This document shows positions 26,692 to 32,000 of a stretch of DNA of 32,000 nucleotides, piece after piece (position 1 is the first letter of the stretch; every line of letters begins with the position of its first letter). Both the position numbers and the translations under genes were made by a program. Source of the DNA: Delftia acidovorans NBRC 14950 (GTDB lineage Bacteria; Pseudomonadota; Gammaproteobacteria; Burkholderiales; Burkholderiaceae_C); assembly GCF_001598795.1 (NCBI RefSeq), contig NZ_BCZP01000015.1:30001-62000 (forward strand). Direction: 5' to 3'. Under the pieces are notes generated by a model. The model saw only the letters and a list, made by a program, of their open reading frames with translations, ran no database searches and was not told where the DNA came from.

Positions 26692-26980
26692 GAGGAACTC
26701 CGTATGGGCGGGCGCGCGCAGGCCTGCATGCCGGCGCACCGGCACGCATGGAGGCGACCCGTAGACAGGGGATGACGCCAGCCGTGGTGGGGGCTGGCAA
26801 ACAGACGTGCGGACGCACGAAGGCGCGGAGATCGGGACTGGAAAACCTGAAGCCGGCAGTGCGTCTGGGAAACGCCCACACCAACTGGATCGAGTGCCAC
26901 GCCAGGAGGGAGCCGCAATTGTGGGGGGTGGCATTGATGCGCGTCAATCTGGCGCTGCCGGCAAGCACATCGGATCTGGC

Positions 26981-26997
26981 TGCACTGTTTTGGTGCA
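26981..26997. promoter_or_regulatory. NtrC (NRI) binding-site candidate TGCACTGTTTTGGTGCA
   Basis: Matches the TGCAC-N7-GTGCA dyad of enterobacterial NtrC sites. Lies about 140 bp upstream of the sigma54 promoter of the porin-glnK-amtB operon. Confidence 0.55.
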
Positions 26998-27052
26998 ATA
27001 CGCCATTGCAGCCATGTGAGCGACCGCTATCACCGTAACGGTGCAGAATTTC

Positions 27053-27069
27053 TGCACAAAGCCGGTGCA
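27053..27069. promoter_or_regulatory. Second NtrC binding-site candidate TGCACAAAGCCGGTGCA
   Basis: Same TGCAC-N7-GTGCA dyad. Overlaps a separate perfect 8-1-8 palindrome GTGCAGAATTTCTGCAC (27041-27057). Lies about 70 bp upstream of the sigma54 promoter. Confidence 0.5.
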
Positions 27070-27130
27070 TGCGAGGATGCTGCGGTGCCGCATTGGTGAG
27101 TCGGAAGGCGCACCACCGAGCAAAAAAGAC

Positions 27131-27146
27131 TGGCACGGTCCGTGCT
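27131..27146 (+). promoter_or_regulatory. Sigma54 (-24/-12) promoter TGGCAC-GGTCC-GTGCT
   Basis: GG and GC elements at the canonical spacing (TGGCAC-N5-TTGC consensus, one mismatch). Located 41 nt before the porin ATG and upstream of nitrogen-regulated genes. Confidence 0.6.
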
Positions 27147-27186
27147 TAACCCGGTTGTCACGAAATTTTTCAAACCGGAGGATCCC

Positions 27187-28280
<1,094 letters not shown>

Positions 28281-28311
28281 GTTTCAACCCCTCGTTTCCC
28301 GAAAGACTGCC

Positions 28312-29685
28312 ATGACCAAACGACTTCTTTCCATGGGCCTGGGGCTGGGCCTGCTGGCCGCAGGCGCCGCTGCCCTGGCACAGGAGCCCGCCGCCGCTGC
28401 AGCCGTTGCCGATGCGGCCGCTGCAGCTGCCCCCGCCGCCGCGGCCGCAGCCGAGGCGCCGGCCCCCGCACTCAGCGCCGGTGACACGGCCTGGATGCTG
28501 ACCTCGACCATGCTGGTGATCCTGATGGTGATCCCGGGCCTGGCACTGTTCTACGGCGGCCTGGTGCGCACGAAGAACATGCTGTCCGTGCTCTGCCAAG
28601 TGTTCGTGATCTTCTCGCTGATCACGCTGCTGTGGGCCGTCTACGGCTACTCGCTGACCTTTGCGGGCGAAGGCAACTTCTTCGGCGGCTTCAGCAAGAT
28701 CTTCCTCAAGGGCATCGCGCCCGACACGCTGGCCGGCGCGCTGCCGACCATTCCCGAGTACGTGTTCGTGGCCTTCCAGTCCACGTTCGCCGCCATCACC
28801 GTGGCCCTGATCGTCGGCGCCTTCGCCGAGCGCATCAAGTTCTCGGCCGTGATCCTGTTCTCGGTGCTGTGGTTCACCTTCAGCTACATCCCCATGGCCC
28901 ACATGGTCTGGGGCGGCGGCCTGCTGGGCAAGGACGGCGCGCTGGACTTCGCCGGCGGCACCGTGGTGCACATCAACGCCGGTATCGCCGGTCTGGTGGG
29001 CTCCTACATGCTGGGCAAGCGCATCGGCTTCGGCCGCGAGGCACTGCCTCCGCACAGCCTGACGCTGACCATGGTCGGTGCCTCGCTGCTGTGGGTCGGC
29101 TGGTTCGGCTTCAACGCCGGCTCGGCAGGCGCTGCCAACGGCATTGCCGGCCTGGCCTTCATCAACACCATCGTCGCCACGGGCGCTGCCACCATCTCCT
29201 GGCTGGCCGCCGAAGCCCTGCACAAGGGCAAGGCCTCGATGCTGGGCGCCGCCTCGGGCGCCGTGGGCGGCCTGGTGGTCATCACCCCGGCGGCCGGCCT
29301 CGTGGGCCCCATGGGCGCCATCGTCATGGGCCTGATCGCCGGTCCCGTCTGCCTGTGGGGTGTGTCGGGCCTCAAGAAGCTGCTCAAGGTCGATGATGTC
29401 TGCGACGTGTTCGGCGTGCACGGTGTGGGCGGCATCCTGGGTGCCATCCTGACCGGCGTGTTCTGCGCCTCCAGCCTGGGCGGCATCGAGCCCGCAGACT
29501 TCAACATGGGTCATCAAGTGTGGGTGCAGGTCAAGAGCGTGCTGCTGACCATCGTCTGGTCTGGCGTGGTGGCTGGCATCTCCTACAAGATCTGCGACCT
29601 GGTCGTCGGCCTGCGCGTCAGCGAAGAGTCCGAACGCCAGGGCCTGGACATCACCACGCACGGCGAGGTGGCGTACTACCGCTGA
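28312..29685 (+). CDS. amtB: Ammonium transporter AmtB
   Basis: ATG 28312. Amt family motifs: DTAWMLTSTMLVILMVIPGLALFYGGLVR, FQSTFAAITVALIVGAFAER, DFAGGTVVHINAG, WFGFNAGSA, DDVCDVFGVHGVGGILG. Confidence 0.93.
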   Translation: MTKRLLSMGLGLGLLAAGAAALAQEPAAAAAVADAAAAAAPAAAAAAEAPAPALSAGDTAWMLTSTMLVILMVIPGLALFYGGLVRTKNMLSVLCQVFVIFSLITLLWAVYGYSLTFAGEGNFFGGFSKIFLKGIAPDTLAGALPTIPEYVFVAFQSTFAAITVALIVGAFAERIKFSAVILFSVLWFTFSYIPMAHMVWGGGLLGKDGALDFAGGTVVHINAGIAGLVGSYMLGKRIGFGREALPPHSLTLTMVGASLLWVGWFGFNAGSAGAANGIAGLAFINTIVATGAATISWLAAEALHKGKASMLGAASGAVGGLVVITPAAGLVGPMGAIVMGLIAGPVCLWGVSGLKKLLKVDDVCDVFGVHGVGGILGAILTGVFCASSLGGIEPADFNMGHQVWVQVKSVLLTIVWSGVVAGISYKICDLVVGLRVSEESERQGLDITTHGEVAYYR

Positions 29686-29713
29686 TCGGTTTTCAGGGAG
29701 TTCATTGCGGATT

Positions 29714-29743
29714 GGCCTCGGTGCTTGCACCGGGGCCTTTTTT
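29714..29743 (+). terminator. Rho-independent terminator after amtB
   Basis: GGCCTCGGTG-CTTG-CACCGGGGCC (10-bp stem with one U-G pair) followed by TTTTTT, 29 nt after the amtB stop. Confidence 0.7.
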
Positions 29744-29877
29744 GCTTTGGAGCCGCTGCAGAGATAGCGTCTTTGCTTTTTCGTCCCGGCTGTTTTGCGC
29801 CGCCCGCAGAACTTCAAGCACACCGTTCAAAAAATTCACGGGTCCGTACCGAGGCGCAAAAGGGCCCAGCCGCTACG

Positions 29878-31032
29878 ATGCAGGCCATGGATTCAGCCCA
29901 AAGCCACCTCCTCCAGATCGCCCAGCGCGTGCGCGCTGCTGCGGCCGACGCCACGCCGCTGCGCATACGCGGCGGCGGCACCAAGGATTTTCACGGCCTG
30001 GCCCTGCAGGGCGAGCTGCTGGACACGCGGGCGCTGGCCGGCGTGGTCAGCTATGAGCCCAGCGAGCTGGTCGTGACCGTGCGCGCCGGCACGCCGCTGG
30101 CCGAGGTCGAGGCCCTGCTCGCGGCACAGGGCCAGTGCCTGGCCTTCGAGCCTCCGCATTTCGATGGAGACAGCCGCAACGCCACCGTGGGCGGCATGGT
30201 GGCCAGCGGCCTGTCCGGGCCTTCGCGTGCCAGCGTGGGCGCCGTGCGTGACTTCGTGCTGGGGCTGGAGATGATCAACGGCCAGGGCGAGCTGCTGCGC
30301 TACGGCGGGCAGGTCATGAAGAACGTGGCGGGCTACGACGTCTCGCGGCTGATGGCGGGCTCCTGGGGCGCGCTGGGCCTGATCACCGAGGTCAGCCTCA
30401 AGGTGCTGCCCGTGGCGCCGGCCGAGGCCACGCTGCGCTTCGAATGCACTCAGCAGCAGGCGCTGGACTGGCTCAATGCCTGGGGCGGGCAGCCGCTGCC
30501 GCTCAATGCCAGTTGCTGGCTGCAGGAGGAGGGCGCAGCCCAGGGCGTGCTGTACCTGCGCCTGCGCGGCGCACGTGCCGCCGTGCAGGCGGCCTGCGAG
30601 CGCCTGGGTGGCGAGCGTGTGCAGCGCATGGACCCTGTGCATGTCGCTGCCGACTGGCAGGCCTGCCGCGAGCAGCAGCTGCCCTGGTTCACCGCACGCG
30701 CGCCGGGCCATGCGCTGTGGCGCCTGTCCGTGCCGCAGACGGCTCCGGTACTGGCGCTGCCGGACGGCTGCACGGGGCCGCTGATCGAATGGCACGGCGC
30801 ACTGCGCTGGGTACAGGCGCCGCGTGCGCTGGGCCATGCGCTGCGCGCGCTGGCAAAAGCAGCGGGCGGATCGGCCACCTTGTTCCGCTCCGAGGCCGCA
30901 GACCAGCCCGGCGCCGAGCCCGATTTCGACGCCCAGGCGGCCGACGCCACGGCCGCGCTGCATGCGCGGCTCAAGCAGGCCTTCGATCCTGCGGGCATCT
31001 TCAACCGCGGCCGGCTGGCCGCCGCCTGGTAG
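29878..31032 (+). CDS. glcE: Glycolate oxidase FAD-binding subunit GlcE
   Basis: Colinear with remembered E. coli GlcE: YEPSELVVTVRAGTPLAEVEALLAAQGQCLAFEPPHF, GGMVASGLSGP, VRDFVLGLEMINGQGELLRYGGQVMKNVAGYDVSRLMAGSWGALGLITEVSLKVLP. Start is ATG 29878 or 29887. Confidence 0.88.
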   Translation: MQAMDSAQSHLLQIAQRVRAAAADATPLRIRGGGTKDFHGLALQGELLDTRALAGVVSYEPSELVVTVRAGTPLAEVEALLAAQGQCLAFEPPHFDGDSRNATVGGMVASGLSGPSRASVGAVRDFVLGLEMINGQGELLRYGGQVMKNVAGYDVSRLMAGSWGALGLITEVSLKVLPVAPAEATLRFECTQQQALDWLNAWGGQPLPLNASCWLQEEGAAQGVLYLRLRGARAAVQAACERLGGERVQRMDPVHVAADWQACREQQLPWFTARAPGHALWRLSVPQTAPVLALPDGCTGPLIEWHGALRWVQAPRALGHALRALAKAAGGSATLFRSEAADQPGAEPDFDAQAADATAALHARLKQAFDPAGIFNRGRLAAAW

Positions 31033-31057
31033 GCCGGGCCAACGCCTGGCTCCGCCC

Positions 31058-31840
31058 ATGCGCATGCGCCACCACCTGCACCTGCTCACGGACCGGCACC
31101 GCACGGTGGCCAGCAACCGCACGCTGGGCCTGCTGCTGGCCTTCAACGCGGGTGCGGTGAATGCGGGCGGCTTTTTGCTGGTGCACTCCTATACCTCGCA
31201 CATGACGGGCTTTGTCTCGCTGCTGGCCGACAACCTCGTGCTGGGCAATACGGCGCTGGTGCTCAGTGCCTGCGGCGCGCTGCTGGCCTTTCTGTGCGGC
31301 GCGGCCGCGACATCGCTGCTGGTCAACTGGGCGCGCCACCACCGGCTGCGCAGCAGCTATGCGCTGCCGCTGCTGCTGGAAGCCGCGCTGATGCTGCTCT
31401 TCGGCGTGCTGGGCGCGGCCATGCTGGCCTGGCCCACGCCGTTCGCCGTGCCGCTGGCCGTGCTGCTGCTGTCCTTCATCATGGGGTTGCAGAACGCCAC
31501 GGTGACCAAGATGTCGTCCTCGCAGATCCGCACTACACACATGACGGGCGTGATAACGGACCTGGGCATGGAGCTGGGTCGAGCCCTCTACTGGAATCGC
31601 CACGGCAGCCCGCCCGAGCACAGGGTCCACGCCAACCATGTGCGGCTGCGGCTGTTCGCAGGGCTGCTGTCCATGTTCCTGCTGGGCGGCATTGCGGGTG
31701 CGCTGGGTTTCCGGCACCTGGGCTTTGTGTTCGTCGTGCCGCTGGCCGTGGTGCTGTGCCTGCTGTCCCTGCCGCCGCTGTGGGCCGACCGTGCGCGGCT
31801 GCCCCTGCTGCTGGGCCGGCGGGCCGCGCCTCGCGCGTGA
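31058..31840 (+). CDS. YoaK/DUF1275-family inner-membrane protein
   Basis: ORF 30824..31840 trimmed to ATG 31058. LLLAFNAGAVNAGGFLLVHSYTSHMTGF ... IMGLQNATVTKMSSSQIRTTHMTGVITDLG is typical of DUF1275 proteins. Six hydrophobic segments. Confidence 0.75.
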   Translation: MRMRHHLHLLTDRHRTVASNRTLGLLLAFNAGAVNAGGFLLVHSYTSHMTGFVSLLADNLVLGNTALVLSACGALLAFLCGAAATSLLVNWARHHRLRSSYALPLLLEAALMLLFGVLGAAMLAWPTPFAVPLAVLLLSFIMGLQNATVTKMSSSQIRTTHMTGVITDLGMELGRALYWNRHGSPPEHRVHANHVRLRLFAGLLSMFLLGGIAGALGFRHLGFVFVVPLAVVLCLLSLPPLWADRARLPLLLGRRAAPRA

Positions 31841-31901
31841 CCGCCGCGTCCGGCTGCCGTGCCTGACCGTTCCCCGATACCCATACAACAAGAGCCCCAC
31901 C

Positions 31902-32000
31902 ATGCAGACCCAACTCGCACCCCAGTACCGCGCCACGCCCGAGGGCCAGGAGGCCGAAGCCATTCTGCGCAAGTGCGTGCACTGCGGCTTTTGCACGGCC
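31902..32000 (+). CDS. glcF: Glycolate oxidase iron-sulfur subunit GlcF (N-terminal fragment; continues past the right edge)
   Basis: My translation from ATG 31902 is MQTQLAPQYRATPEGQEAEAILRKCVHCGFCTA..., the CxxCxxC ferredoxin-type start typical of GlcF. Context with glcE supports the call. Confidence 0.75.
   Translation, partial: MQTQLAPQYRATPEGQEAEAILRKCVHCGFCTA

Noticed and set aside
26748-27038. Small ORFs in the long intergenic region (26748..27038+, 26807..27019+, 26568..26918-).
   Set aside because: No Shine-Dalgarno or start context, mutually overlapping frames and Arg/Gly-rich translations. The right-hand part is better explained by the NtrC sites.

Overview
High-GC (about two-thirds G+C by eye) chromosomal segment that looks betaproteobacterial. 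Two Bug/TctC-type solute-binding proteins, a porin-glnK-amtB operon and a Pseudomonas-mevalonii-like HMG-CoA reductase suggest Comamonadaceae such as Delftia, Acidovorax or Comamonas; this taxon guess is inference only. I support about 29 protein-coding genes, tightly packed into small regulator-linked catabolic or transport modules. I found no rRNA, tRNA, CRISPR array, transposase or integrase. In order: (1) a LysR regulator (partial) divergent from a cupin thiol-dioxygenase, four-domain rhodanese, Bug SBP and metC-like C-S lyase operon; (2) a LysR regulator with a YbfB-type MFS and nitronate monooxygenase operon; (3) comM/yifB carrying an acidic insertion; (4) a MocR regulator divergent from mvaA (degradative class II HMG-CoA reductase), a small 2-TM protein and a TctA/DUF112-like permease; (5) a lower-GC island encoding an ORFan lipoprotein; (6) a LysR regulator with rhmT-rhmD-rhmA-aldA, an L-rhamnonate (6-deoxy sugar acid) pathway; (7) MarR with a lower-GC secreted alpha/beta hydrolase, divergent from a Bug SBP and a cytoplasmic Cys-type sulfatase; (8) a DUF2165 membrane protein; (9) a porin-glnK-amtB operon with NtrC sites and a sigma54 promoter; (10) glcE, a DUF1275 gene, and glcF (partial). 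The best candidates for something undescribed are the orphan mvaA module with its atypical two-component TctA-like transporter and MocR control, the ORFan lipoprotein island, and the extended thiol-dioxygenase operon. Most long ORFs in the six-frame track are antisense or out-of-frame artefacts of the high GC content. All homology statements come from reading the translations against remembered family sequences; no database search was run.
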